DNA from: an uncultured bacterium
GTDB lineage: Bacteria; Bacillota_I; Bacilli_A; RFN20; CAG-826
Assembly (NCBI GenBank): GCA_949299335.1
Contig: CASGAD010000014.1
Coordinates: 183,186 to 247,185 of the forward strand
Direction of reading: 5' to 3'
Length of the DNA stretch: 64,000 nt
Of this stretch, positions 46,699 through 56,656 are shown piece by piece. The translations under genes were made by a program, and so were the position numbers. Position 1 is the stretch's first letter; each line of letters opens with the position of its first letter. The notes under the pieces are model-generated. The model saw only the letters and a program-made list of their open reading frames with translations, searched no databases and was not told where the DNA came from.

Positions 46699-48327
46699 TT
46701 AAATGTTTTCCCAAGCTGCTTTAAACTCGTCGTTAATATATTTATCTAAAGCGTCTCCTTTCAATGTTGATTTAAAGACATCTTCTAATAAACTTTTTAC
46801 AGCGCTTCTAGCACCATCAGAATATTGAGAAACAGGAGCAATAAATGTTTGCTCATTTGCATCGTAATCTTCATAAATTTCATATACACCTTTTTGTAAA
46901 TAATTGTAGTTATTATTTTGATTTGGTGTTTCTGGTAAAGATACATTAGCATCTGTAATCGCAGTAATTGATGAATCGTTATATGAAGTAGCTCTAATAG
47001 GCATTGAAGACATTTGAACAGCAACTTTTGCTGAATTTGCTGTATTTGTCATGAATTTATAGAATAACCAAGAAGCGATATTTTCAGTTGTACTCTTATT
47101 GAAGAAAACTATATTTGCACCTTGGCTCATTGCTTTAGAATTAGCTGTTTTATCACTTACTACAGGGGTAGTTTCTAACATTCCATCATCGATTACAGGA
47201 GTTGGTAAAACTTCACCTCTATAAAAATCACCACTACCATACCAAGCATTTTTTGAACCATTAATGTAAATAAAGCATTCTTGATTATAATTGTAATAAT
47301 TCCAAACGCCTTCATTTCCATCTGGATCAATTATACTACTAGTTGTGATTAATCCTTCGTCATACCAAGACTTAAGCATTTTGACCATTTTAACAGCTTT
47401 TTCATTTGCACCATTAGTTTCATCATAAAATTTCACAGCTTCAGATTTACTAATTTTACCGTCATTATTTTCATCTTTATTGCCGCCATAAGGTACATTC
47501 ATCATTTCAGAGAAAGTGATATATAAATTATCAGTTGAGTCATAACCAATTGGAGTTACTTTACCTTTTTCCCAAACAACTGTATGTGATTGTGGTTCGC
47601 CTTTTCCAAGTTCACTATTCCATACTGATTTATCTGTGACAATATTATCCATTGCTAATAATTCTCTACCAGCACTAATAATATCTTCCCAGTTTGTTAA
47701 ATCATAATTTCCTTTTCCTAAATATTTATCTAAGACATCAACATTATAGAATAATGCTTCACTATTCTTGTACCAAGGTAATGAATATGTTCCTTTTTCA
47801 ACATACTCTTGTCCTTCCTTTAAGAAAGCACTATTTAAATCATCCTTTTTTGTTGAATCATCGCTAGTTACTTCAGTAGTACTTCCACTTACTGGCTTGA
47901 CTCCTAGTCCATATTTATCATTAGACATATATGAATCCATATTTAAAACATTGCCTGAATCTAAATATCCAACAACATAATCAGGATAACAAACAGCCAT
48001 TGATGGTAACTTATCAGGTGTTTTTAAAACACCAGTAATAGCCTCATCAATATCCCAATATCTACCCATATCTTTTAATTCGACTTTTATATTAGGGTAT
48101 ACTTTATTAAACTCAGTAATTATCTCTTTCATCATGGTGTGTTCTGCACCATTTTCTCCATCCTCGTCGTAAAGATTTTCCCAGAATGTAACGGTAGCTT
48201 CTAATTCAGTGTAGTTTGTACCTTCATAAGGATCAACATCATTACTTGAAGTACATGAAGCTACTAAAAATGAGCAAACTGCCCCTAAGGTAATAGCGGG
48301 CATAAGCATCTTCGATTTAAGTCTCAT
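46699..48327 (-). CDS. ABC transporter solute-binding lipoprotein (family 1 / CUT1-like), substrate unknown
   Basis: 542 aa. Lipobox is SFLVASCTSS. RBS is AAGGGAGGAAA. Confidence 0.8.
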   Translation of the reverse strand: MRLKSKMLMPAITLGAVCSFLVASCTSSNDVDPYEGTNYTELEATVTFWENLYDEDGENGAEHTMMKEIITEFNKVYPNIKVELKDMGRYWDIDEAITGVLKTPDKLPSMAVCYPDYVVGYLDSGNVLNMDSYMSNDKYGLGVKPVSGSTTEVTSDDSTKKDDLNSAFLKEGQEYVEKGTYSLPWYKNSEALFYNVDVLDKYLGKGNYDLTNWEDIISAGRELLAMDNIVTDKSVWNSELGKGEPQSHTVVWEKGKVTPIGYDSTDNLYITFSEMMNVPYGGNKDENNDGKISKSEAVKFYDETNGANEKAVKMVKMLKSWYDEGLITTSSIIDPDGNEGVWNYYNYNQECFIYINGSKNAWYGSGDFYRGEVLPTPVIDDGMLETTPVVSDKTANSKAMSQGANIVFFNKSTTENIASWLFYKFMTNTANSAKVAVQMSSMPIRATSYNDSSITAITDANVSLPETPNQNNNYNYLQKGVYEIYEDYDANEQTFIAPVSQYSDGARSAVKSLLEDVFKSTLKGDALDKYINDEFKAAWENI

Positions 48328-48417
48328 TAAATTTCCTCCCTTAAATACCTATATATAATATAACAATCATCATTCGAAATAAAATTTTAAAATGTAGATT
48401 TAATAGAAAATTTTTGT

Positions 48418-49401
48418 TTATCCTTTAATCCCAGTTCTGCTAGTTCCACTCATAATGTATTTTCTAAAGAAAATAAATATTAATATTAAAGGAATTGTTA
48501 CTATAACAGTTGCAGCCATTTGCAATGATTGAAGAGTAAATAAGAATCCTCCGATATTTGTATCAAAATTAGCAAAATCTCTAATACCGACCGTAATCAA
48601 AGTAAATTCACTATTAGAAACAGTTACAGTTTTAGGCCAAGCATAGGCATTCCAAGTTGAAATTACTTTTAAAATAGTAATTGTAATTAATGTAGGTGAA
48701 GCGATAGGAACCATTACTTTCCATAAATATTTCCAATCGCTTTTTCCATCAACTTTACTTGCTAAATACAATTCTTCAGGAATTTGTTTGAAGTTTTCTC
48801 TAAGTAAATAAATATAAAAAACATTAACAATAAAAGGGAGCATTATAGCAAAATAAGTTCCCCACCTATCATTTAATAATCCATAACGATAAACTGTAAT
48901 AAAATTACTAGCAACAAATAGTTCACTAGGAATCATCATGGTAACCAAATAAATATAAAAAGTAGTATCTCTTCCTTTAAACTGAAGCCTTGTAAAGGCA
49001 AATGAAGCAAAAATTGTTATAAATAATGTTCCAATTGTAGAAATAATTAATACTATAAATGTATTTAGTAAATAACTAAAAAAATTAAATCTAGATGGAT
49101 CAAATATAATTGCATAATTGTTCCAAGCAATTTCATTAACAGGAATAAAAAAATCGTTACTTAATCCGACATATTGTCCATTAACTATTTCACTTTTTAA
49201 ACTAGTTATAAGCATCCAGTAAAAAGGAATCATCATAATAAAAGCAAGGAAAATTAATAAAGCATATGCAAAAATTAAAAAGAAAATCTTTTTAATTTTA
49301 TCGAATTTTTCTGTAGTTTTTGCGTCTTTATTAAACCCATCAACCACAAATTCAATTTTATTATCATTAGAATATAATATTGAATCAATAAACTTTTCCA
49401 T
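48418..49401 (-). CDS. ABC transporter permease (UgpE/MalG-like)
   Basis: The ATG at 49399-49401 (MEKFIDSIL...) lies 1 nt after the upstream permease stop. The track start at 49431 would overlap that gene. EAA loop is LYLASKVDGKSDWKYLWKVMVPIASP. C-terminal motif is GTSRTGIKG. Confidence 0.85.
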   Translation of the reverse strand: MEKFIDSILYSNDNKIEFVVDGFNKDAKTTEKFDKIKKIFFLIFAYALLIFLAFIMMIPFYWMLITSLKSEIVNGQYVGLSNDFFIPVNEIAWNNYAIIFDPSRFNFFSYLLNTFIVLIISTIGTLFITIFASFAFTRLQFKGRDTTFYIYLVTMMIPSELFVASNFITVYRYGLLNDRWGTYFAIMLPFIVNVFYIYLLRENFKQIPEELYLASKVDGKSDWKYLWKVMVPIASPTLITITILKVISTWNAYAWPKTVTVSNSEFTLITVGIRDFANFDTNIGGFLFTLQSLQMAATVIVTIPLILIFIFFRKYIMSGTSRTGIKG

Positions 49402-49402
49402 A

Positions 49403-50338
49403 CTAATAATATATCCTCTTTCTTGATACAAAAAATTGTAATCCTGTAAATACTAAAATAATTAAAAATAAAACAACAGCTCCACAACAGGCATATCTTA
49501 CACTTTCACCATTCCCACTATTAACTTGATCATAGACAAAATATACAACAGTATACAAATTATAGGAATTACCACTCGTACCACGACCATCAAATAGTCC
49601 AGCTATAGCTTGATATTCCTTAAATCCGTTAATAAATGAAGTTATAGAAATATATAAAATTTGAGGGGATAATAATGGAACGGTAATTGAATAAAATTGT
49701 TTAAATCTACTCGCACTATCAATTTTAGCTGCTTCGTAATATTTTTTGTCAATTCCTTGAAGACCACTTACAAATATTAATATTTTAAATGGTAGTTGAT
49801 ACCAAATAATATCGAGAAAAATTACAAACATTGCGTTCCAATACGTTGTTGATGGATTTTCTTCAACCCAATATTCGCTTAAATTAAAAATACTATTAAA
49901 CAAACCATCATGTGAAAAGATGACACCAAATACCATGCCAACCGCAATGATATTAGTAACATAAGGGGTGAAAAATAAAGTTTGAAAAAACCTTTGAAAC
50001 GCTTTTATTGAATTAATTAATACCGCAATAATTAAAGCTAAAACAATAGAAATTGGAACAGTTACAAAAGTAATAATCATTGTATTAGGTAAAGCGTACT
50101 CAAAAAAAGCTTTAATTGGTCCACTTATACCAGCAATGTAATCTGGAGGTGGAATAATTCCAAAAAGAGCTTTGTAATTATCCAAAGTAAAACCATCGCT
50201 AGTGCCTTTTAAGTAGTTATAGTCTTTTAAAAAAGAAATAACAAATGTATCTATTAATGGATATAGGGTAAAAACTGCTATTAAAATCAAACTAGGCGCT
50301 AAATATATCCAACCCTTGTAGTTATTCTTTTCAGTCAT
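49403..50338 (-). CDS. ABC transporter permease (UgpA/MalF-like)
   Basis: 311 aa. EAA loop is YYEAAKIDSASRFKQFYSITVPLLSP. The ATG overlaps the stop of the upstream ATPase gene. Confidence 0.85.
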   Translation of the reverse strand: MTEKNNYKGWIYLAPSLILIAVFTLYPLIDTFVISFLKDYNYLKGTSDGFTLDNYKALFGIIPPPDYIAGISGPIKAFFEYALPNTMIITFVTVPISIVLALIIAVLINSIKAFQRFFQTLFFTPYVTNIIAVGMVFGVIFSHDGLFNSIFNLSEYWVEENPSTTYWNAMFVIFLDIIWYQLPFKILIFVSGLQGIDKKYYEAAKIDSASRFKQFYSITVPLLSPQILYISITSFINGFKEYQAIAGLFDGRGTSGNSYNLYTVVYFVYDQVNSGNGESVRYACCGAVVLFLIILVFTGLQFFVSRKRIYY

Positions 50339-51783
50339 TATAAATAAATCCTTTCGCCAGTTAACTTATCAAATAATAAAACTTTTTTAGGGTTGATATA
50401 TAACTTTATATTTTTTTTATTGATTTCTAAATCATCTTTAAAAACAACCTTAATTGAATCATTAAATTCATTATGAAGAATCAATTCTTTATCTCTACCT
50501 AAAGTCTCGTAATTATCAATAGTACCTTCGATATAATAAATATTATTATCTTCATTTATAATTTCTAACCCTTCAGGTCTAACTGAGAATATAACTTCTT
50601 CCCCATCTAAACTATCGTTATTTAATACAAAAACCTCGTAGTTTCCAACAAAAATTTTATTTTTCACAACTTTAGCATCAAATTTATTTAATGGTGGGGT
50701 GCCTAAAAAAGAAGCAACAAAAACATTTTTCGGATCGTCATAAGCTACTTGAGGATTATCAATTTGTTTAATCTTACCTTTTTCTAAAATAACAATACGA
50801 TCACAAATTGATAAAGCTTCTTCTTGATCATGAGTTACAAAAATAGTTGTTACCTTTGATTGCTTTTGAATACGACGAATTTCTTCTCTAGTAGAAATTC
50901 TCAATCTAGCATCTAAATTGCTTAATGGTTCATCAAGTAAAAGGAGTCTAGGCTTTTTAATTAACGCTCTAGCGATAGCGACTCTTTGCTGTTGGCCACC
51001 GCTAAGTTCACTAGGTTTTCTAAATAGGTAGTTCTCAAGTTGGACTACTCTACTTACTTGTAAAACTTCCAAATCAATTTCTTCTTTACTAATCTTTCGC
51101 TTTACTTGAATTGGTTTATCATCTTTTAAAATTGTAAATTCATTATCAATAGTATAGCCTTTTTTAATCAGTTTACTTTTCTCTTTTTTTATTAACTCCT
51201 TATAAAAATTTATATTTATAAGGATATCAATATGATGAATATTTTTCTTTTTTAATATTCTATAAACCTTTTTACTGACATTAAAAGGCACATCATAATT
51301 AAAACTAATGGCATTAATTGCTTCTAAAGAAACTTTTTTATTATTGACTCTATAATTATCAATTAGTTTTTTAATCTCAGTGGCATTATTTAATAATTTA
51401 ATTAAAGAATCTAAATATTCAATTCTTTTGGACTTTAAACTAGTAACTTTATATGTATCTTCTAAAGGAAAAGCGATATTTTGATAAACATTTAAATGAG
51501 GATACAAAGCATAATTTTGAAAAACTAAACCAATACCTCTTTTTTCACTAGGTAAATCAGTAACATCTTCACCATCAAAATATATACTTCCACTAGTAAC
51601 TTCTTTTAATCCAGCTAACATATATAGAATTGTAGATTTGCCACATCCACTAGGACCTAATAATCCAACTAATTCTCCATCATTAACTGTTAAAGTAAAA
51701 TTAGATACAGCTATGGTATCCTCAATATTCTTTTTGGGATTTCCTTCAAAAACTTTTACTAAATCTTTAACTTCTAGTTTCAT
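50338..51783 (-). CDS. MalK/UgpC-type ABC ATPase with a ~120-aa insertion between Q-loop and signature motif (second copy)
   Basis: 481 aa, the same length and architecture as 44886..46331. Motifs: GPSGCGKST, FQNYALYPH, LSGGQQQRV, LLLDEPLSNLD, VTHDQ. The insert has conserved landmarks (KKGYTIDNEFTILKDDKPIQVKRKISKEEID versus KLGFKLNDNFEWLDKEGQTIKIKRKLTKDEID). Confidence 0.88.
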   Translation of the reverse strand: MKLEVKDLVKVFEGNPKKNIEDTIAVSNFTLTVNDGELVGLLGPSGCGKSTILYMLAGLKEVTSGSIYFDGEDVTDLPSEKRGIGLVFQNYALYPHLNVYQNIAFPLEDTYKVTSLKSKRIEYLDSLIKLLNNATEIKKLIDNYRVNNKKVSLEAINAISFNYDVPFNVSKKVYRILKKKNIHHIDILININFYKELIKKEKSKLIKKGYTIDNEFTILKDDKPIQVKRKISKEEIDLEVLQVSRVVQLENYLFRKPSELSGGQQQRVAIARALIKKPRLLLLDEPLSNLDARLRISTREEIRRIQKQSKVTTIFVTHDQEEALSICDRIVILEKGKIKQIDNPQVAYDDPKNVFVASFLGTPPLNKFDAKVVKNKIFVGNYEVFVLNNDSLDGEEVIFSVRPEGLEIINEDNNIYYIEGTIDNYETLGRDKELILHNEFNDSIKVVFKDDLEINKKNIKLYINPKKVLLFDKLTGERIYL

Positions 51784-52009
51784 AATTATTTACTAAATAA
51801 TTATAAAATGTTAATCGTTCTCTGGCTATTTAAAAATTTGCTTGTTTTCGTAAATACTGTTTTTTAATTCAAATTTGTTATTTAATACGATTTTTAATGT
51901 ATTGTTTAATCTAATTGATAAAAAATCACTTGTAATGAATAGCATATTATAAAAATACATTTTCATTAAAAGTGATAATAATAGAATATAAAGTGTAGAT
52001 AATTACTTA

Positions 52010-53503
52010 TTAAATAAACAATTGATCAGCTAAATAAGGAAAATCAATAAAAGCATTACGATTACCTTGATATCGAGAAACTTTCATATTTCTTTGTATT
52101 TCAAAATCATCTACTGGATCTAATTTATTCCACTCAAGTAAATCACTTAATTTTCCCATCTCTAAGCCACCAGATGGATTTTCTACTAAATCTAAATCTT
52201 CATATTGAGCATACATATAAAATATAATTCTAGCTACATCTCCTCTAAAATCGACATTGTTATTTAAATTTGGATAATAATAAGCACTTCCATTATCTGC
52301 ATATGGTTTATTTCCCCTACTAGAATTGACACTAGGAGTTGAAGCCCTTAAATTATGCATGTCTCCTTTCACTGTAGACCTATTTGAAAGGCCTTCAAAT
52401 CTACTCTGTGGCCAAACATGTTCTTTGTTCCAACTACTTGCACCATCCCATTGATATGGAAGACTTGCTCCGTTATATATACCATATAACTTACCAGGAT
52501 TAATTAAACTTTCATCGATATAGCTTAAACAATATGAAGTAGATGAATATCCATAATATTTTTTAACTTTCGTAACTCTACGAATTTCCGTTCTAAGAGC
52601 TTCACCAGTTAAAGAGCTATCAAAAGTTGAATAATACTCACTAATTGGAACTACATCATAAGTAGGTTTAGTAACACCATTTGTACCTGGTACAATAGTA
52701 TAAATTAATTCAATATCATCAGGATATTCAATGTTGCCTCTTTCTCTAAACTTTGCTATTAAGACTGTATTATGCTCTATATTGAAGCTATACGAACTAT
52801 TAGATGAAATTAACTTTTCATTACTATCATAAAATCCACTAAAAAGATATCCATTAAGAGCAGTCGCCTTTAAACTTATTTGAGTACCTTCATCGTAAAT
52901 TCCATTGCTAGTACCACTAACATTACCGCCTTCGGTCGAACTAATAGAGAACGAATATTTTGGCAAATTTAAAGCGAATTTTGCGATAATATTAGTATTT
53001 TTAGTGATATTAAAGATGTAGTTTTCTTCACTTGTTAATAATATACCATTTTCATAATATCCATCAAAATGAGAACCTTCATCACTCGTTGCAGTCAAAG
53101 AAATTTTTGTCCCTTCTTCGTAAGTTCCATTACTAGTGCCATTTACTTTACCATTTCCATTAACAACAATAGTAAAATCATAATTATGAATTATTTTTTC
53201 GCATTTAATCACTAACTCAGTATCTTCATTAAGTACAAAAAAATAATTAAAATCAGAACTAACTAATTCTTCATCTTTAAATAAACCTTTATATGTGTAA
53301 TCATCATTTTCATTAATGCCAATAGTAATCAATGTTCCTGCCGAATAAGTGCCATTAATATGAGAAACTTCCACATCGCATTCGTTTTCATTATATGTTA
53401 ATGAAAAATTAAATTTTGTATTTACATTAGCACTTCCATTTTCACAACTAATTAATGATAAACTCAATAATGATAATACTATTAATCTATTTTTAAATTT
53501 CAT
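52010..53503 (-). CDS. Endonuclease I-family extracellular nuclease lipoprotein with three InlB-B-repeat-like domains
   Basis: 497 aa. Lipobox is LSLISCENG. Three ~75-aa repeats have the pattern NGxVxGTSNGTYxEGTxISLxATxxxGxxFxGxY. C-terminal motifs are NKEHVWPQS, DMHNLRASTPSVNSSRGNKPY, GDVARIIFYMY and YQGNRNAFIDF. Confidence 0.85.
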   Translation of the reverse strand: MKFKNRLIVLSLLSLSLISCENGSANVNTKFNFSLTYNENECDVEVSHINGTYSAGTLITIGINENDDYTYKGLFKDEELVSSDFNYFFVLNEDTELVIKCEKIIHNYDFTIVVNGNGKVNGTSNGTYEEGTKISLTATSDEGSHFDGYYENGILLTSEENYIFNITKNTNIIAKFALNLPKYSFSISSTEGGNVSGTSNGIYDEGTQISLKATALNGYLFSGFYDSNEKLISSNSSYSFNIEHNTVLIAKFRERGNIEYPDDIELIYTIVPGTNGVTKPTYDVVPISEYYSTFDSSLTGEALRTEIRRVTKVKKYYGYSSTSYCLSYIDESLINPGKLYGIYNGASLPYQWDGASSWNKEHVWPQSRFEGLSNRSTVKGDMHNLRASTPSVNSSRGNKPYADNGSAYYYPNLNNNVDFRGDVARIIFYMYAQYEDLDLVENPSGGLEMGKLSDLLEWNKLDPVDDFEIQRNMKVSRYQGNRNAFIDFPYLADQLFI

Positions 53504-53523
53504 ATCTCTTCGCTTTCTTTATA

Positions 53524-53558
53524 GTCTTAAAAATGGCGAAATACGCCATTTTTAAGAC
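53524..53558. terminator. Symmetric intrinsic terminator hairpin
   Basis: GTCTTAAAAATGGCG-AAATA-CGCCATTTTTAAGAC forms a 15-bp perfect stem. Its core is ATGGCG/CGCCAT followed by T5 in either orientation. It lies between the 1020-aa lipoprotein gene and the endonuclease I gene. Confidence 0.7.
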
Positions 53559-53574
53559 ATACATAAATATTAAA

Positions 53575-56500
53575 TTAACTATAAATAACTATACCAGTAA
53601 CGATAAACATTTGTCCTTTAAATTCGTTTGCAATTGTTATAGTAGATCCAGTTTGACCAGTTAAATCAAATGTTAAAGTTTCTACTCCTGTAGTTGTTAG
53701 GTTTTGATATTCGCCAGTAACTGTGTCACCTCTATAGGCTATAATAGATGGATTCTTTCCTGCCCATGAAATTGCATGAACTTCTATTTTACTAATAGCA
53801 ACGTCAGAACTATTTAAAGTTAAAGTTATATTTCCTGTGTATTTACTAGATCCTAACTTAACACCTAATAACCCTTTAGTATCGGTAAAGCCCTTTGTTG
53901 CTACAGCGCTTGTAACTAAAGGATAATTATCATCAACAAATAAAGCAGATAAATCAGGAGTTTCTTTTCCATAGTCATTGCTTGAAGGTTGTTCATCCTT
54001 AGTATACTCATAAATTTTAGAGTAAATTACATCACTTACTGGTGGCTCATATATACCACTCACAGTCAAAGTAATAGTATCTTTAACAGTTTCGCTAAAC
54101 GCAACAGTTATATTAACAGTTCCTTCGCCTGTAGCTTTAACAATACCATTTTCAACAGTTGCAACAGCTTCATTGTCACTTGTCCATGTTGGCTTTGTTG
54201 TTACATAACCTGGTTCAGTAACATAAGTTAATGTCTTAGTTTCATTAACTTTCATAGTGGTAGATTCTGGAATATTAATTGTAACTAAAGTAGCATCAAT
54301 TGTTTCTTCGAATAAAGTTGCTTTTGTAACAATAATACTTGCATAACTATACTTGCTATTATAGCCGTTAAAGTAAGCTTCTATATCGTATACTTTACCT
54401 TCTACTAATTCTATGGAATCAAGTATATATGCTGGTTCAATATTTACATCTGTTCCATCTAAATTTAAGATTTCATAACCATCAGCCATTCCACAAGTAG
54501 CTCTCCATTTATATAATTGGACATCAGATGTTGTTAATTCACTTGGAGATGCCTCTCCTTTTGTCTTCCAAGAATTTACTATCTCACTTGTCAATTGTGT
54601 TGCTTCATTTAAAGTTGGGCCATTACCATCAAGTTTCTTAATATCTAAAGTAGCGTCACTTCCACCAAATTGTAATAATCCATTATAAATACTTACATTT
54701 CCAGTAACTTCTAAATAATCACCTATTTTATAAGAACCATCATAATTTTTGCCTAAATAAATTAAAATTCCATTCTCTCCATCATGTAAAGTAACAGATT
54801 GTTTATTAGTGGCGGCAACTACCCCGCGTACAGTGTAGGTTCGGCCTTCTTCTTCAATTTGTCCAATAGAATAATCAACTTCATTAACAGTAATATTACA
54901 TGTAGCTTTAGAATTTGGTTTGTCTTTTAATGAGACGGTAATTGTTGCATTACCTTTAGCAACACCAGTTACTACACCATCATTAACACTAGCAACATTA
55001 GAATCGCTTGTTTCATAAAGCAATTCATAATCCTTTACACCAATAACAGAAGGGTTCAAATTAAATGTTTCTCCAACATTAATAGCTTTTTCAGTTGCCG
55101 CAAGTGTAATAGTAGGATTATCACTTTCACTAATTTTAATTTCTAATGGTTCGCTAGTTAATGATCCTATTTTACCTACTACATGAGCTGTTCCGGCACT
55201 AATTCCATAAATTGTATCATTTTCAAGTCTAATAAATTCATTTCCATCAACAATTGAATAAGTTACTGTTCCAGTAGCATTACTTGGGGTCAACGTATAT
55301 GAAAGTTTTGTAGATTCTCCAATTAATAAATCATTATCTAAAGCACTAATTGAAATAGCAGTTGCTTCAACACTCGAATTATCTTTTGTAATAATTGTTC
55401 CATCCCCAAAGTAAGAGAATTGAGGGCCATTGTGCCAAGATAATGCAGTTGTAATTGTAACTTTATCTCCAGCGGTTAAATCAAGTGCTTCAAAATCACT
55501 TACTAATTTGTCAATATTTACATCATACATTTTAGAACTATTTCCATCAGTTCTTAAAATTGTTGATGTATTGCCAATTTTAAATTCAATATTAGCAGCG
55601 TTAGTAGTTGCAGGTTCACCACTAACATATGTTGCGTCAAATGTATAAACATTTCCTGTATCCAAAATATCTATATTTTTATAATCTTCTTCAGTTAAAG
55701 AAATTGGACTAATAGTAGAAATTGTTGTATCGAGTTTTTTTGCGTAAACCTCTTCGATTCTACCACCATTCTCATAAGAACTGAGTTGAATAGCACCTCC
55801 ACCATTAGTATTTAATGCAACTTTTGCATGAATTTCAACAAAATCACCAGCTTTAAAACTACCATCAACTAAAGCTGTGTCACCATCATTTGCACTCCAA
55901 TTATAAATAAATATGCCACCGGTAGCATCAGCAAAGTATGCGCTAGTTCCAGATGTCAAAGTAATCTTACCTTTTAAAGTTACAAAGTCTCCGACACTAA
56001 TATCGCCATTTTTAATCTTTGCGACCGTATCGCCTTCAACTGTAGAAGCGTCATTAATTGTAACTTTTAACGAAGCCTCATAGTTTTTATTTTCACTTGT
56101 ATATGTTGCTTTTAAGGTTACTTCACCTGGTACTAATGCTTTAATTGTTTTCCCATTAATTTCAACTGAAGATTCTGGAGTTGCTGATAAACTAAATCCA
56201 CTATCTAAACTAGTATTATTGAACTTAACATCAATCTCAAAAGTTGATCCTACAATAATTTCTCCACTAGTAACTAAATTTAATGTTAAACCCTCTGTAG
56301 TACTACTTTTGTCTTTTAGCGTAACAATTAAAGTAACATCTGTTCCAGGCATTTTAAAACTATATAGACCATCTACTGCAGTTAACTTAGTTGTATTGAC
56401 AGTTACTTTATCTACTTCTTTTTCAGAATTAGTAACATTTACCCTAAATGAAACATCTTCGCCTTCATCGTAACCTTCGCTTTTTAAACCCTCAATAGTA

Positions 56501-56637
56501 AAATCACTACTAGTGTTATAATTAACTTTATATTTAGTTGTAACATTGGTGTTATTACCACATGAAGTTATACTAAAGGTTCCTATACCTAAAAAGGCTG
56601 ATAAAACGAAAATTGGTACAATCTTTCTTTTTTTCAT
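53575..56637 (-). CDS. Giant surface lipoprotein with four Big_2 domains and OB-like domains
   Basis: The ATG at 56635-56637 (MKKRKIVPIFVLSAFLGIGTFSITSCGNN) has AAGGAG 7 nt upstream. The track start at 56643 is GTG. One Big_2 example is INVGETFNLNPSVIGVKDYELLYETSDSNVASVNDGVVTGVAKGNATITV. One OB-like example is YTVRGVVAATNKQSVTLHDGENGILIYLG...GDYLEVTGNVSIYNGLLQF. Confidence 0.75.
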   Translation of the reverse strand: MKKRKIVPIFVLSAFLGIGTFSITSCGNNTNVTTKYKVNYNTSSDFTIEGLKSEGYDEGEDVSFRVNVTNSEKEVDKVTVNTTKLTAVDGLYSFKMPGTDVTLIVTLKDKSSTTEGLTLNLVTSGEIIVGSTFEIDVKFNNTSLDSGFSLSATPESSVEINGKTIKALVPGEVTLKATYTSENKNYEASLKVTINDASTVEGDTVAKIKNGDISVGDFVTLKGKITLTSGTSAYFADATGGIFIYNWSANDGDTALVDGSFKAGDFVEIHAKVALNTNGGGAIQLSSYENGGRIEEVYAKKLDTTISTISPISLTEEDYKNIDILDTGNVYTFDATYVSGEPATTNAANIEFKIGNTSTILRTDGNSSKMYDVNIDKLVSDFEALDLTAGDKVTITTALSWHNGPQFSYFGDGTIITKDNSSVEATAISISALDNDLLIGESTKLSYTLTPSNATGTVTYSIVDGNEFIRLENDTIYGISAGTAHVVGKIGSLTSEPLEIKISESDNPTITLAATEKAINVGETFNLNPSVIGVKDYELLYETSDSNVASVNDGVVTGVAKGNATITVSLKDKPNSKATCNITVNEVDYSIGQIEEEGRTYTVRGVVAATNKQSVTLHDGENGILIYLGKNYDGSYKIGDYLEVTGNVSIYNGLLQFGGSDATLDIKKLDGNGPTLNEATQLTSEIVNSWKTKGEASPSELTTSDVQLYKWRATCGMADGYEILNLDGTDVNIEPAYILDSIELVEGKVYDIEAYFNGYNSKYSYASIIVTKATLFEETIDATLVTINIPESTTMKVNETKTLTYVTEPGYVTTKPTWTSDNEAVATVENGIVKATGEGTVNITVAFSETVKDTITLTVSGIYEPPVSDVIYSKIYEYTKDEQPSSNDYGKETPDLSALFVDDNYPLVTSAVATKGFTDTKGLLGVKLGSSKYTGNITLTLNSSDVAISKIEVHAISWAGKNPSIIAYRGDTVTGEYQNLTTTGVETLTFDLTGQTGSTITIANEFKGQMFIVTGIVIYS

Positions 56638-56656
56638 AAACACTCCTTAAATATAT

